Shown: in pieces, positions 47,847-57,878 of the stretch
Numbering within the stretch: position 1 is the first letter of the stretch
How the letters are laid out: every line of letters begins with the position of its first letter
NCBI GenBank assembly: GCA_937961295.1
Contig: CALGOK010000014.1
Coordinates: 10 to 64,009 of the forward strand
DNA: 64,000 bases
From: an uncultured Gemmatimonadota bacterium
GTDB taxonomy: Bacteria > Gemmatimonadota > Gemmatimonadetes > Gemmatimonadales > GWC2-71-9
Direction of reading: 5' to 3'
The notes under the pieces: model-generated
What the model saw: the letters and a program-made list of their open reading frames with translations, nothing else
What the model was told of the DNA's origin: nothing
The model's database searches: none
Translations under genes and position numbers: made by a program

Positions 47847-47944
47847 GTGGCAGTTCTCCTGAAGAGATGAGTAGATGCGTTGGGGGCGGGGCCTCGAACG
47901 CCACTCGGCCGGTACGCCGCGACCACCCTCCGGGGCCTTCACTA

Positions 47945-47961
47945 GGCACATCGGATGCCAG
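47945..47961 (-). promoter_or_regulatory. sigma-54 (-24/-12) promoter candidate upstream of the pilin genes
   Basis: The minus strand reads cTGGCATccgatGTGCc. The GG and GC elements have consensus spacing (TGGCAC-N5-TTGC). It lies about 100 nt upstream of the ATG at 47846. Confidence 0.5.
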
Positions 47962-48136
47962 AGTGGGCCGACTCAGCGCAAGTGCATGACTTTCAACGAG
48001 TTGCGCCACCTGTGGAAGGCGTCCAACAGCCCCTTTCCGGCCCCCGCGGAGCGGTAGATTGCAACGCCGTGGACGGCACGAGTCCTGCCCCGACCAGTAT
48101 CGTCGCCTCGCCGTCCAACTTCCGCCCCGGAACGCC

Positions 48137-49861
48137 GTGACCCGCTCCAGCCGCCAGCTGCTCCTCGGCCTGCTCGTGGCGCTCGTCGCCGTCACCGCCA
48201 GCGCAACCACCTTCCTCAACGGCTTCGCCCAGGACGACGTCGCCATCGTGGTCGACGATCCCCGGGCCCGCGATCCCGGCCGCTGGGGGGAGTACCTCGA
48301 CGAGGCCTACTGGCCGGCGCCGCTCCGGCGCGACCTGTATCGCCCCCTCACCTCGCTGCTGATCGGGGTGGAGACCTGGGCCGGCAACGGCGCCACGTTC
48401 CCCTACAAGCTGCTCCAGATCACCTTCTACGCCGCAAGCTGCATGGCGGTGCTGGCGCTGGCGCTGCGCCTGATGCCTACCGCCGCGGCGGTTGCCACCG
48501 GGGTACTCTTTGCCGCCCACCCGGTGCACGTCGAGGCGGTGGCCCTCGCGGTGACCCAGGCCGAGGTGATCGTCGGCCTGCTGGCCACGCTGTCGGTCAT
48601 CTATTACTACGACCGGCGACAACGCGGCTGGCTTGGCCGCCGCGACCACGCCGTCCTCGCCCTCCTCACCCTGGTGGCGGCCCACTTCAAGGAGAGCGGG
48701 GTGATGATCCCCGTCCTCCTCGCCGCGGTGGAGGCGATCCTGATCCGGGGCCCGTCGCTCTGGAGCCGCCGCCGCGAGCTGGCCACGCTGGTCACCTGGC
48801 AGACCCTGGCGGTGGTGGTCACCATCGCCCTACGCTCGCGGATCCCGTTCGCGAACGCGAGCGGCTCGTTCGTCGCCGAGGCGTTCGAGGGTATGCCGAT
48901 CGGCAGCCGGACGCTCACCATGCTCAGCGTGGTTCCGGAGTGGCTGCGCCTGATGCTCTGGCCCGCGACGCTCTCGGCGGACTATTCCCCGCGGCGGATC
49001 CTGCCGGCCGAGACGTGGGGGCTCGACCAGACGGTGGGGCTGGCGATCCTGGTCCTGATCGGGATCCTGGCCTGGCGGCTGCGGCACCGGACCCCGGTGA
49101 TCACCTTCGGGGTGGCGTGGTGCGCCATCGGGCTCTTCCCGGTGAGCAACGTCCTCCTCCCCACCGGGATCGCGCTGGCGGAGCGCACGCTCTTCCTGCC
49201 GAGCGTCGGGGCGATGCTCGCGGTGGGGGCGTTCCTCGGCGGCCTGGTGGGCGCATTCCCTGCGCGCCGCCGCGCGCTGGTCGGCGCACTCACCGCCCTG
49301 GTGGTGCTGGTCACCGTGCTCGGCATCTCGCGCTCGCGCTCGCGCCACACCATCTGGCGCAACTCGTGGACGATGTGGGCGCAGACGGTCCGCGACGTCC
49401 CCGACAGCTACCGCGCGCGGATGGCACTCGGCACGCTGCTGATGGGCGCCGGTCATCCGGACCGCGCCGTGGCCCAGTACGAGGTGGCCACCGAGCAGTG
49501 GGACCGCACGTGGACCCATTACTACCAGCTCGCCGAGTGGTACCGGCAGATGGGCAACTGCGAGAAGGCGATCCCGGCCTACCAGCGGGCGCTTTCCATG
49601 GAGGACGTCATTCCCGGACGGGCCTCGCTGGTCACCTGCCTGGTGTGGGTGGGCGACTATGCGGAGGCCAAGCGGCAGGCGATGATCGGCGTCGGCTCGG
49701 GCGCCTACGCCGGGATCTTCCGGGTGTGGCTGCGCACCGCCGACTCGGCCCAGCGTGTGGGCGCACCGCCAAAGACGGTCGGCTTCCCCGACGGCTACGA
49801 TCACCTCTTCGAGGCGGGCGCCGACTCGGCCCACGTGCGGCACGGTGTCCTTGCCGACTGA
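48137..49861 (+). CDS. polytopic GT-C-like membrane protein with C-terminal TPR region (TMTC/DUF1736-like)
   Basis: GTG at 48137 (VTRSSRQLLLGLLVALVAV), in frame with ORF 48059..49861. Motifs DD..IVVDD, YRPLT and FAAHPVHVEAVA. About 11 TM helices, then TPR-like helices (YYQLAEWYRQMGNCEKAIPAYQRAL). Confidence 0.65.
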   Translation: MTRSSRQLLLGLLVALVAVTASATTFLNGFAQDDVAIVVDDPRARDPGRWGEYLDEAYWPAPLRRDLYRPLTSLLIGVETWAGNGATFPYKLLQITFYAASCMAVLALALRLMPTAAAVATGVLFAAHPVHVEAVALAVTQAEVIVGLLATLSVIYYYDRRQRGWLGRRDHAVLALLTLVAAHFKESGVMIPVLLAAVEAILIRGPSLWSRRRELATLVTWQTLAVVVTIALRSRIPFANASGSFVAEAFEGMPIGSRTLTMLSVVPEWLRLMLWPATLSADYSPRRILPAETWGLDQTVGLAILVLIGILAWRLRHRTPVITFGVAWCAIGLFPVSNVLLPTGIALAERTLFLPSVGAMLAVGAFLGGLVGAFPARRRALVGALTALVVLVTVLGISRSRSRHTIWRNSWTMWAQTVRDVPDSYRARMALGTLLMGAGHPDRAVAQYEVATEQWDRTWTHYYQLAEWYRQMGNCEKAIPAYQRALSMEDVIPGRASLVTCLVWVGDYAEAKRQAMIGVGSGAYAGIFRVWLRTADSAQRVGAPPKTVGFPDGYDHLFEAGADSAHVRHGVLAD

Positions 49862-49876
49862 CGCGAGGCGCTGCTG

Positions 49877-52849
49877 ATGCGCGAAGCGCTGCTCTACCTC
49901 GCGTTCTTCCTCTCGGGCGCCGCCGCGCTCGCCTACGAGTCGGTGTGGACCCGCTACCTCGGCCTGCTGGTGGGGCACGACGCCCACGCCCAGGTGCTGG
50001 TGCTGGTGATCTTCCTTGGCGGGATGTCAGGCGGCGCGGCGCTGGTGGCGCGGCACACCCACCGCATCCGGAACCCGCTGGTGGGCTACGCGCTGGTCGA
50101 GGCGGTGGTCGGCGCCCTCGCGCTGGGGTTCCACGACCTGTTCGGCGCGGTCAGCGCGCTCGCCTATGACGGCATCTTCCCCGCCCTCGCCGGCGGCCCG
50201 CTGCTCGAGCCGGCCAAGTGGCTCGTCGCCGGGTTGCTGATCCTGCCGACGTCGCTGCTGCTGGGCGCCACGTTCCCGCTGATGAGCGCTGGCGTGGTGC
50301 GACTCGCGCCCGCGCGCCCTGGCCGGATCCTCGCCCTGCTCTACTGCACCAACGCGCTGGGCGGCGCGGTGGGGGTGCTGCTTGCGGGATTCCTGCTGGT
50401 GCGCATGGCGGGCCTTCCCGGAACGCTGGCTGCCGCGGCCGCCGCGAACCTCGTGGTGGCGCTGCTGGCCTATGCGGCGGGACGCACCGCGCCGGCCCGG
50501 CCCCCGCTCGACGCCGCGAGCGACGCGCTGCCGGCGCGCGAGCCGCTCACGCCGGCGATGCAGCGCCTGCTGGTGATCGTCGCCTTCGGCACGGCCGTCG
50601 CATCGTTCGCCTACGAGATCGACTGGATCCGGATGCTGTCGCTGGTGCTCGGCAGCGCCACCCATTCGTTCGAGCTGATGCTCTCGGCGTTCATCCTTGG
50701 CCTCGCGATCGGTGCGTTCGCGATCCAGCGCGCCGACCGGCTGGCCGCGCCGCTGGCCACGCTGGCCGCGGTGCAGGTGGCCATGGGCGTGCTGGCGGTG
50801 CTGACGCTGCCGGTGTACGTCGCGTCGTTCGACTGGATGTCGGCGCTGATGGCCACCTTCACCCCCACCGACAGCGGCTATGCCGCGTTCAGCGTGAGTC
50901 GCTACGCGCTGTGCCTTGCCGTGATGCTGCCGGCGACGATCTGCGCGGGGATGACCCTGCCGCTGATCACCCGCGCGCTGCTGCTCGGCGGTGCGGGCGA
51001 GGCGGCGATCGGCCGGGTCTATGCGTGGAACACCCTGGGATCGATCGTCGGGGTCGCGCTTGCCGCGCTGGTGCTGCTGCCGGCGCTCGGGCTCAAGCCG
51101 ATGCTGGTGGTCGCCGGCGCGGCCGACGTGGCGCTCGGGCTGGCGCTCTTCACGGCGCTCGGCGGCACCCGGCGCGCCGCGGCGATCGGACTCGCGGCGT
51201 TTGCCGTGATCGGCGCGGCCACCGTGCTGGTGCCGCTGGAGCGACGCCTGGTGGTGAGCGGCGTCTATCGCCACGGCGGCCAGCTCGACGAGACCTTCGC
51301 CCTTCCCTTCTACGCCGACGGTCGCACCGCGACGGTCGCCGTGGGCGAGACGGCGACCGGTTCACGATGGATCTCCACCAACGGCAAGCCGGACGCGTCG
51401 CTGGGGCCGTGGTGGCGCACCGCCTGCACCGACGACACGGCGCCGCTGCGACTCGCCGGCGACGAGGGAACGCAGCTGCTGCTGCCGATCGTGGCGCAGG
51501 CGTTCCATCCGGACGCCCGCCGCGTCGCCGTGATCGGGATGGGGTCGGGCGTCTCCTCGCACATCGTGCTCGCCCAGCCGGCCGCCCAGGAGGTGGTCAC
51601 CATCGAGATCGAGCCCGCGATGGTCGCGGGTGCCGCGACGTTCCGGCCGGTCAATGAACGGGCATTCAGCGATCCCCGCTCGCGGCTCGAACTGCGCGAC
51701 GCCAAGGCGCACTTCGCCGTCTCGTCGGGGCGGTACGACCTGATCCTCTCCGAACCATCGAATCCGTGGGTGAGCGGCGTGGCGGGGCTGTTCACCGTGG
51801 AGTTCTACCGCCGGGTGGAGACCGCGCTGGCACCCGGCGGGATCTTCGCGCAGTGGCTGCAGGCGTACCAGCTCGACGACCCGCTGGTGCTCTCAGTGCT
51901 CGCGGCGATCGACGAGGTGTTCGGCGACTGGCGCGTGCTGCAGGTGAGCAGCGGCGACCTGCTGGTGGTGGCGACCGTGGCCGACCAGCTGCCGGCGATG
52001 GCGGGCGACCGCGTGCTCGCCGCACCCGGCCTGGAGGGCGACCTCTGCCGCTTCCTGCCGCTCGACGGCCGATCCCTTGCCGCGCTGGCGTTGGCCGATG
52101 CCGCGCTGCTCCGGCCGGCGCTGACCCGCGGGCACCGCGCCAACTCCGACTTCTACCCGGTGCTCGACCTCGGCGCCGAGCGGGCGCGATACCTCCTCGC
52201 GAGCGCCTCGGGACTCCTCTCCCTCGGCTGGGACTGGCACAACCTTGCCCAGGCGCTGCTCGACCGGCGCGGCGTGGTGGCCACCGGCGACTCATTGCCG
52301 CTGGTCGACGTGACCCTGCTGCGCGAGAGCTGGGCGCGGGCGCGGCTCGATGCACCGGAGCACGCGACGGATCCGGCGATGGCGGCACCGCTCGCCCTGG
52401 TGCGCCACTGGGAGGCGCTCCGGGACGCCGCCGCCGTCGCGCCCGACTGGCGCCGCTGGCTCGACGCACACGGCCGCGCCACGCTGATGCGCCATGCCGG
52501 TGTCGCGGGTGCGATCGACGCGCCCTTCTTCGACGCCGCCGACGCCGCGGCATCGCGGCTGGACGCACCCGACGAGGTGCGCGCCGTGCTGACGTTCCGC
52601 CGCGCGGTGCAGGGCTGGGATGCCGGCGCCGCGCTGGCCGCGGCCGAGCAGCTGCACCGGTTCGGGGCGATCGGCCGACTGATCGGCGCCGACGAGGTGC
52701 GTGACGGCGCCGTGGTGATGGCAGTGCGTTCGGGCAACGGGGAACTCGCGCGCGCGTGGTTCGTGCGACTGGCGCCGGTCAGCCCCCGCGCACCGACCGA
52801 CCTGCGCACGCTGCTGCTCGAGGGGTGGCTGCTCGCGGGACGATCCTAG
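49877..52849 (+). CDS. fused polytopic membrane domain + spermidine-synthase-like (class I MTase fold) domain + long C-terminal extension
   Basis: 990 aa. N-terminus YLAFFLSGAAALAYESVWTRYL plus about 12 TM helices. SpeE-like core VAVIGMGSGVSS..VTIEIEP..DLILSEPSNPWVSG. The start is 15 nt after the preceding stop. Confidence 0.75.
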   Translation: MREALLYLAFFLSGAAALAYESVWTRYLGLLVGHDAHAQVLVLVIFLGGMSGGAALVARHTHRIRNPLVGYALVEAVVGALALGFHDLFGAVSALAYDGIFPALAGGPLLEPAKWLVAGLLILPTSLLLGATFPLMSAGVVRLAPARPGRILALLYCTNALGGAVGVLLAGFLLVRMAGLPGTLAAAAAANLVVALLAYAAGRTAPARPPLDAASDALPAREPLTPAMQRLLVIVAFGTAVASFAYEIDWIRMLSLVLGSATHSFELMLSAFILGLAIGAFAIQRADRLAAPLATLAAVQVAMGVLAVLTLPVYVASFDWMSALMATFTPTDSGYAAFSVSRYALCLAVMLPATICAGMTLPLITRALLLGGAGEAAIGRVYAWNTLGSIVGVALAALVLLPALGLKPMLVVAGAADVALGLALFTALGGTRRAAAIGLAAFAVIGAATVLVPLERRLVVSGVYRHGGQLDETFALPFYADGRTATVAVGETATGSRWISTNGKPDASLGPWWRTACTDDTAPLRLAGDEGTQLLLPIVAQAFHPDARRVAVIGMGSGVSSHIVLAQPAAQEVVTIEIEPAMVAGAATFRPVNERAFSDPRSRLELRDAKAHFAVSSGRYDLILSEPSNPWVSGVAGLFTVEFYRRVETALAPGGIFAQWLQAYQLDDPLVLSVLAAIDEVFGDWRVLQVSSGDLLVVATVADQLPAMAGDRVLAAPGLEGDLCRFLPLDGRSLAALALADAALLRPALTRGHRANSDFYPVLDLGAERARYLLASASGLLSLGWDWHNLAQALLDRRGVVATGDSLPLVDVTLLRESWARARLDAPEHATDPAMAAPLALVRHWEALRDAAAVAPDWRRWLDAHGRATLMRHAGVAGAIDAPFFDAADAAASRLDAPDEVRAVLTFRRAVQGWDAGAALAAAEQLHRFGAIGRLIGADEVRDGAVVMAVRSGNGELARAWFVRLAPVSPRAPTDLRTLLLEGWLLAGRS

Positions 52850-54408
52850 CGCCGCTGTTGCCGCGCCATCCATTCCTGCACGGGCAAGCCCACGGCATCG
52901 ACCCAGAGCGTGTCGTGCACCCGCGCGAGCGTGAGCCAGTCGCGCCAGGTGAACGGGGCGGAGAGCGAGAGGTCGGCCTCCGGCAGCCGACCGCAGCCGT
53001 ACGACCAGGTCACCTGGGCCACGCGCGGCGCGGAGCCCGGCGGGACGAGCGCGTCGCAGGGACGATCCACCACCCGTGCGAGCGCATCCGCCGGGCGATC
53101 GACGAGCACGGTGGCGAAGTCGCCGATCTCCGGCGCCGCCACCGGCAGACGTCGCGGGCCCTCGACCGGCCCGAGCACCACCAGCGTGTCCCCAGCATCG
53201 AGACCGCCCGCGAGTCGCGTGACCGCATGGTTGAGGTGCAACGCCGCCTCGGCGGTGGCCGCCGAACGCTGCGCCGGAATCGCGGCATAGAGCGGCACCA
53301 GCAGCGCCCCCGCCCCGGCCAGGCCCCGCCGCCAGCCGCCCTCGTCCCAGAGCACCCCCGTCGCGGCACCAATCAGCAGCGCCGGCGCGACGAAGAACGG
53401 CAGCGCGTAGAACGCGTCGAACTTGAACCACGGCCAGTAGAGCAGCGCACCGAGCAGCACCACCGCCGTGGCGATGGCGCCGGCCTCGACCGCGGCCCGG
53501 CCCTGCCCGCGCCGGAACGCCGCTGCGACTCCGAACCCGGCCAGCAGCAGCGCGATGAGATTGGCCGGATAGAGGAGCCGCAGTGCACCGTGACTCCCCG
53601 GTGAGATGGGGGTGACGATCGCGGCGATGTTGCCGGCGAGACGATCGACGGTGAGCGCCCCGGCGCCGTACGACATCCCGTACCCGGTCGCCACCGGCTG
53701 GCTTCGCACCACGAGGATCAGGGCAGCGACGGCAACCGCGATCAGCAGCGCCCCGGCACCGAGCGCCGGCGTGCGCGGCTCGCGCAGACGCGGCATGGCA
53801 AGCGGGCCGGGCCAGCCGCACACGGCGAGCACCACCACCACGGCGCCCAGCACGCCGACCACTTCCTTGAACAGGAAGATCACCGCGATCATCGCCAGCA
53901 TCGCCGCGGCGGCGGGCTGCCATCGCACCCGGTCGCGGTACCCCAATGCGGCGTGCAGCGCGAGCAGCAGCGCAAGCAGGCAGGCGGGTTCCGCCATGAG
54001 CTGGAGCCACGCGCGCGACGCCGGGGTGGCGACCACCAGCAGCGCCGCCGCGAGCGCCGCGCCCACCGGTGCGATGCGGAGGCGACGCGCCAGGGCGTAC
54101 GCGGCAACGGTGGCCGCGGCCATCACGCCGAAGCGCAGCAGCTGCCAGCCGTGCGACCCCTCACCGAACAGCGCGTACTGCACCGCGAAGGTGAAGTAGA
54201 AGAGCGGGTTCATCCGCCCGTGGCTGGCGTAGTAGTCAAGCAGGGCGCGGTATCCGGCCCACGCTCCGTCGTGGCGCTCGAGGATCGGGAGGAACTCGCG
54301 GAAGTCCCAGAGATCGAGCGGCAGCGGCCGGTCGGGTCGGTAGAGCAGGAACGCCAGCGCCAGCACGGCGGCGAGCAGCAGCGCGTCGAGGGCGCGCTGG
54401 CGGTTCAC
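52846..54408 (-). CDS. polytopic membrane protein, GT-C/ArnT-like glycosyltransferase candidate
   Basis: GTG at 54408 is GTGA-coupled to the GT2 stop. About 12 TM helices and a soluble C-terminal domain. Its stop overlaps the convergent 49877..52849 stop (CTAG). Confidence 0.6.
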   Translation of the reverse strand: MNRQRALDALLLAAVLALAFLLYRPDRPLPLDLWDFREFLPILERHDGAWAGYRALLDYYASHGRMNPLFYFTFAVQYALFGEGSHGWQLLRFGVMAAATVAAYALARRLRIAPVGAALAAALLVVATPASRAWLQLMAEPACLLALLLALHAALGYRDRVRWQPAAAAMLAMIAVIFLFKEVVGVLGAVVVVLAVCGWPGPLAMPRLREPRTPALGAGALLIAVAVAALILVVRSQPVATGYGMSYGAGALTVDRLAGNIAAIVTPISPGSHGALRLLYPANLIALLLAGFGVAAAFRRGQGRAAVEAGAIATAVVLLGALLYWPWFKFDAFYALPFFVAPALLIGAATGVLWDEGGWRRGLAGAGALLVPLYAAIPAQRSAATAEAALHLNHAVTRLAGGLDAGDTLVVLGPVEGPRRLPVAAPEIGDFATVLVDRPADALARVVDRPCDALVPPGSAPRVAQVTWSYGCGRLPEADLSLSAPFTWRDWLTLARVHDTLWVDAVGLPVQEWMARQQRR

Positions 54409-55148
54409 GCGCGCCGCCGCTGGCGCCGGATCGCGAGCAGCTCGAGCGGCGCGCGCAGGAAGTCGCGCGCCCGGAGCCGCGAGCCGTGGCGGTCGCTCCA
54501 GCGCTCCAGCGGCACCTCGCGGAACCGCGGCTCGGCCGGTTCCCCCGCCTCGGCGGCGAGCCGTGCGAGCAGCTCGACGTCGAAGATCCAGCGCGACGCG
54601 AATGGCGCCTCGAGGGCGCGGCGCACCGGCGCGATGTTGCGGAACAGCTTGAGGCCGCACTGCGTGTCGTACACCGGCAGCGCCAGCGTGAGTGATGCCG
54701 CCGTGGCGAACACCCGGCCGAGGTAGTGCCGGAGCGGCGAACGGACGATGTCGCGGCCGAGGAGCCGCACCCGCGACCCGAGCGCGGCCCAGGCCTCGGG
54801 ATGCGCGGCGAGCTCGTCACGAAGCCGCACCGCCTCGTCGAGCGGCGCGGCGAGGTCCGCGTCGGCGAACCCCACCAGCGCTGCACCTTCGGCCAGCGCG
54901 GTGATCATTCCCTCGCGCACCGCCTCCGCCTTGCCGCGATTGGTGCCGAGGCGCTGCACCGCCAGCTGCGCGGGGCGCGCGGCGGCGAGGCGATCGAGCA
55001 CGCCGGCGGTGTCGTCGGTGCTGCCGTCGTCGACGAAGCGAATTGCCGCGTCGGGGTGGCGGTCGAGGAACGCCAGGAACGCGTCGCCCTCGAGCCGCGC
55101 GGCCTCGTTGTAGGCCGGGATCACCAGCACCATCCCGGCGTCGCTCAT
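54405..55148 (-). CDS. family-2 glycosyltransferase, polyprenyl-phosphate sugar synthase type (ArnC/GtrB/DPM-like)
   Basis: ATG at 55148. Starts MSDAGMVLVIPAYNEAARL. Also has VDDGSTDDT, GFADADL (DxD) and YDTQCGLKLF. Confidence 0.8.
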   Translation of the reverse strand: MSDAGMVLVIPAYNEAARLEGDAFLAFLDRHPDAAIRFVDDGSTDDTAGVLDRLAAARPAQLAVQRLGTNRGKAEAVREGMITALAEGAALVGFADADLAAPLDEAVRLRDELAAHPEAWAALGSRVRLLGRDIVRSPLRHYLGRVFATAASLTLALPVYDTQCGLKLFRNIAPVRRALEAPFASRWIFDVELLARLAAEAGEPAEPRFREVPLERWSDRHGSRLRARDFLRAPLELLAIRRQRRRA

Positions 55149-55891
55149 GGGCGCCTCAGCAGGGCCAGCAGCGACACCCCGTGCGACCACGGAGCCCGGT
55201 CGCCATCGATCGCGGCGACCAGCGCTGCCGCCTCGCCGGCGAAGATCCGGTGCAGCACTCCGTTCAGCGGTCCCATCGGCACGTCGAGGTCTCCTCCCGG
55301 AGCGGCGCGGTCGCCGCGCCAGCGACGGTGCAGCGCGATCAGGGGCCGCAGTCGCGCGTTGAACGGCGAGAGCAGCCGGACCGTGACCGGCAGGTCGGCC
55401 CAGAGCGCGGCGAACTCCTCGCGCCGGTAGCGGCGGAAGTGGCCGAACGCTTCGTCGTGCGCGCTCCAGAGGGAAGGATCGGCCGGCACCGTGAGGAGAA
55501 GATGCCCCCCCGGCGGCACGGCGGCGACCGCCGCCGCCAGCAGCGCCCGATCGTCGGCCACGTGCTCGAGGACGTCGGTCATCAGCAGCAGGCCGCCCCC
55601 GGCGAGGTGGAGCCGGGCCGTGCCGGGATCGTCGGTCGCCACGAACGCCACCTCGGGGAAGCGCTCGCGTGCCAGTGCGATCGCCTCCTCCGACGGATCG
55701 AGTCCGAGCACCTGGTGGCCGGCCGCGGCCAGCGCGGCGGCGTTGCCGCCGGTGCCGCAGCCAACATCGGCGACGGCGGCTCCCGGCGCGGCCACCGCGG
55801 CGGCGATGCGCGTGATGACGGCGCGCGGGCCTGTGAAGCACCAGTGCCGCTCCTCCACCCGGGCGTGCGCCGCGAACTGCTCAGCGCGCAT
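55145..55891 (-). CDS. class I SAM-dependent methyltransferase
   Basis: 248 aa. Motif I VADVGCGTGGNA. LLLMTDVLEHV. ATGA-coupled to the GT2 gene. Confidence 0.8.
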   Translation of the reverse strand: MRAEQFAAHARVEERHWCFTGPRAVITRIAAAVAAPGAAVADVGCGTGGNAAALAAAGHQVLGLDPSEEAIALARERFPEVAFVATDDPGTARLHLAGGGLLLMTDVLEHVADDRALLAAAVAAVPPGGHLLLTVPADPSLWSAHDEAFGHFRRYRREEFAALWADLPVTVRLLSPFNARLRPLIALHRRWRGDRAAPGGDLDVPMGPLNGVLHRIFAGEAAALVAAIDGDRAPWSHGVSLLALLRRP

Positions 55892-57878
55892 CGAGCCCCC
55901 ACACCGCCCGCATCGAGTCCCGGTTCACGCGCGTGAAGCGCAGCGCACCGCCAGGCCCCGGCTCCTGCGAGAGCAGCCAGAGCGGTCCCCCGAGCGCGCC
56001 CTCGCCGAGCAGCGTGTCGCGCGCGTGCAGGTCGCGGACGTAGCGGTTGGCCGTGTCGCGGGTCACCAGCAGCGGGGCGTACACGGTGGTGCCGGCTCGA
56101 TCCTCGAGGATGCGCCGCTCGCACGCCGGCCGCAGCGGCCGACCCGGCAACACGCGCAGCGTGGTGTCGGGCGACAGGTACTGTGCCACCAGGAGGGTCG
56201 AGTCGGCGCGATGCGGCGCCACCAGCCGATCCAGCTGCGGCGCGCCCCCGCCGTCGCGCTCGACCACGGCGATCAGGCTGTCGAGCGCGCACGAATCGAC
56301 CGACCGGTAGAACCGTTCCGCATCGGGCCGCGACACGCCGATGCCCCACATCCGGGCGATCAGCTGCGCACCCCAGCTTTCGCGCACCAGCACCGTGGCG
56401 CCGCGGACGTCCATGGCCGCGGTGAGCGCGGCCACGTCGTGGCGCATCGACAGCATGCCGTTGCGGTACTGCGCGGCGCGGATCGGCAGCAGCTGGGTCA
56501 CCCCGAGCAGCAGGGCGGCGATGCCGCCGACCAGGATGCCCTGGCGGGCGGGATCGGGCCAGCCGCGTTCGCGCAGCACGGCGGGGAGCCGCGCGGTCCA
56601 CAGGGCGAGCCACGGCGCGAGCGGCAACAGGAAGCGGGGTCCCAGGTAGAAGCCGTCGTGCCAGTACGCGAGGTAGGCCGCGAGGAACAACCCCGAGCTG
56701 GCGAGCACCCACCGGTCGAAGGCCGCCAACCGCGGCACCAGCAGCAGCGCGAAGGTGGCGAACAGCAGCCCCGGAGCCGGGGTTTCGAGGAAGTGCGACT
56801 GCAACCGCAGCAGGTAGAGGTTGATCAGCTCGATGCCGCGCAGCGGCGTGTGCGGCGGCCCCCAGGGCGACTCATGGAAGCCGAGCTCGTGCGTCTTGCC
56901 CCAGAGCTCGATGTAGCCGAAGCGGAGCGGATCGCCGGTCCATGCCGCGTTGACGGCGAGCAGGGCGGCGATCGGGAGCGCGATGCCCACGCCGCTGGCG
57001 AGCAGCGGCGCCAGGTGCGGGCGCCCGAGCCGGAGTCGCCAGAGCAGCCAGGCGGCGGCGGGAAGCGCGAAGGCTGCGGCATCGAGCGGCCTGATGGTCG
57101 CCGCGACGCCGAGCGCCAGCCCGGCGAGCGCCGCGGCACCCGGATGCGGTGCCTCGTCGGCGGTCGCGCGTGCGAGCGCGAGCGCCGCGAACAGCAGCCA
57201 CGCCATGGCGGTGACGTGGTTCATCATCGAGCCGCCGAGGAACACCGTGAACGGCGCAAAGGCGAGCAGCAGCACCGCGGCGAGCTGCATCCCGGCGCCG
57301 CCCTCGAGGCGCCGGAGCAGCCGGGCGAACGCGAACACCGCCAGTCCCGCCATCCCCGGCCCGACCAGCCACGCGGCACCGAGCAGTTCGCCCGCGGCCA
57401 GCATCGCCAGGCCGCCGGCCGGGAACTGGCCGTAGAGCCGGTCGCCGGTGTCGACCAGGTGCATCGCCGCCGTGAACTCGGGGTGCGCCGGCACCGGGAG
57501 GAAGAGCCGGCCGGCGGCGAACACGCGCGCCTGCCAGAGCTGGATCACCTCGTCGATGAGGAGCGGGCGGGCGGAGAGCACCGCCTGCGCGACCACGGCG
57601 TACAGCGCCGCGGCCGCCGCCGCGAGCGTGCCGTCGGCGAGCCGGCCGCCGCGCTGCCACCGCTCGGCGATCCCGGCCCAGGCGCCCTCGCGCCAGAGCG
57701 CGGGGCGGCGGCGCAGCACGATGGCCGCGACGAGCGTGATGCCCGCGATGATCGCCCCGCCGGATCCCCACAGCGCGAGGCGCTGGCCGTACCACGGCGC
57801 CTCGTGCCCGCCGGGGATCCAGTTGGCGAGCGGCAGGAGCCCCAGCAGCAGGAGGACCAGCGCCGCGGCGCGCGCCAC
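55881..57878 (-). CDS. large polytopic membrane protein, GT-C-like glycosyltransferase candidate
   Basis: GTG at 57878 shares one nucleotide with the regulator's TAG stop. About 13 TM helices and a C-terminal soluble domain. In frame inside composite ORF 55881..58175. Confidence 0.55.
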   Translation of the reverse strand: MARAAALVLLLLGLLPLANWIPGGHEAPWYGQRLALWGSGGAIIAGITLVAAIVLRRRPALWREGAWAGIAERWQRGGRLADGTLAAAAAALYAVVAQAVLSARPLLIDEVIQLWQARVFAAGRLFLPVPAHPEFTAAMHLVDTGDRLYGQFPAGGLAMLAAGELLGAAWLVGPGMAGLAVFAFARLLRRLEGGAGMQLAAVLLLAFAPFTVFLGGSMMNHVTAMAWLLFAALALARATADEAPHPGAAALAGLALGVAATIRPLDAAAFALPAAAWLLWRLRLGRPHLAPLLASGVGIALPIAALLAVNAAWTGDPLRFGYIELWGKTHELGFHESPWGPPHTPLRGIELINLYLLRLQSHFLETPAPGLLFATFALLLVPRLAAFDRWVLASSGLFLAAYLAYWHDGFYLGPRFLLPLAPWLALWTARLPAVLRERGWPDPARQGILVGGIAALLLGVTQLLPIRAAQYRNGMLSMRHDVAALTAAMDVRGATVLVRESWGAQLIARMWGIGVSRPDAERFYRSVDSCALDSLIAVVERDGGGAPQLDRLVAPHRADSTLLVAQYLSPDTTLRVLPGRPLRPACERRILEDRAGTTVYAPLLVTRDTANRYVRDLHARDTLLGEGALGGPLWLLSQEPGPGGALRFTRVNRDSMRAVWGLDAR

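Noticed and set aside
52846-52849. Convergent genes whose stop codons overlap in the palindrome CTAG.
   Set aside because: This is real but trivial, a consequence of tight packing. No regulatory inference is warranted.
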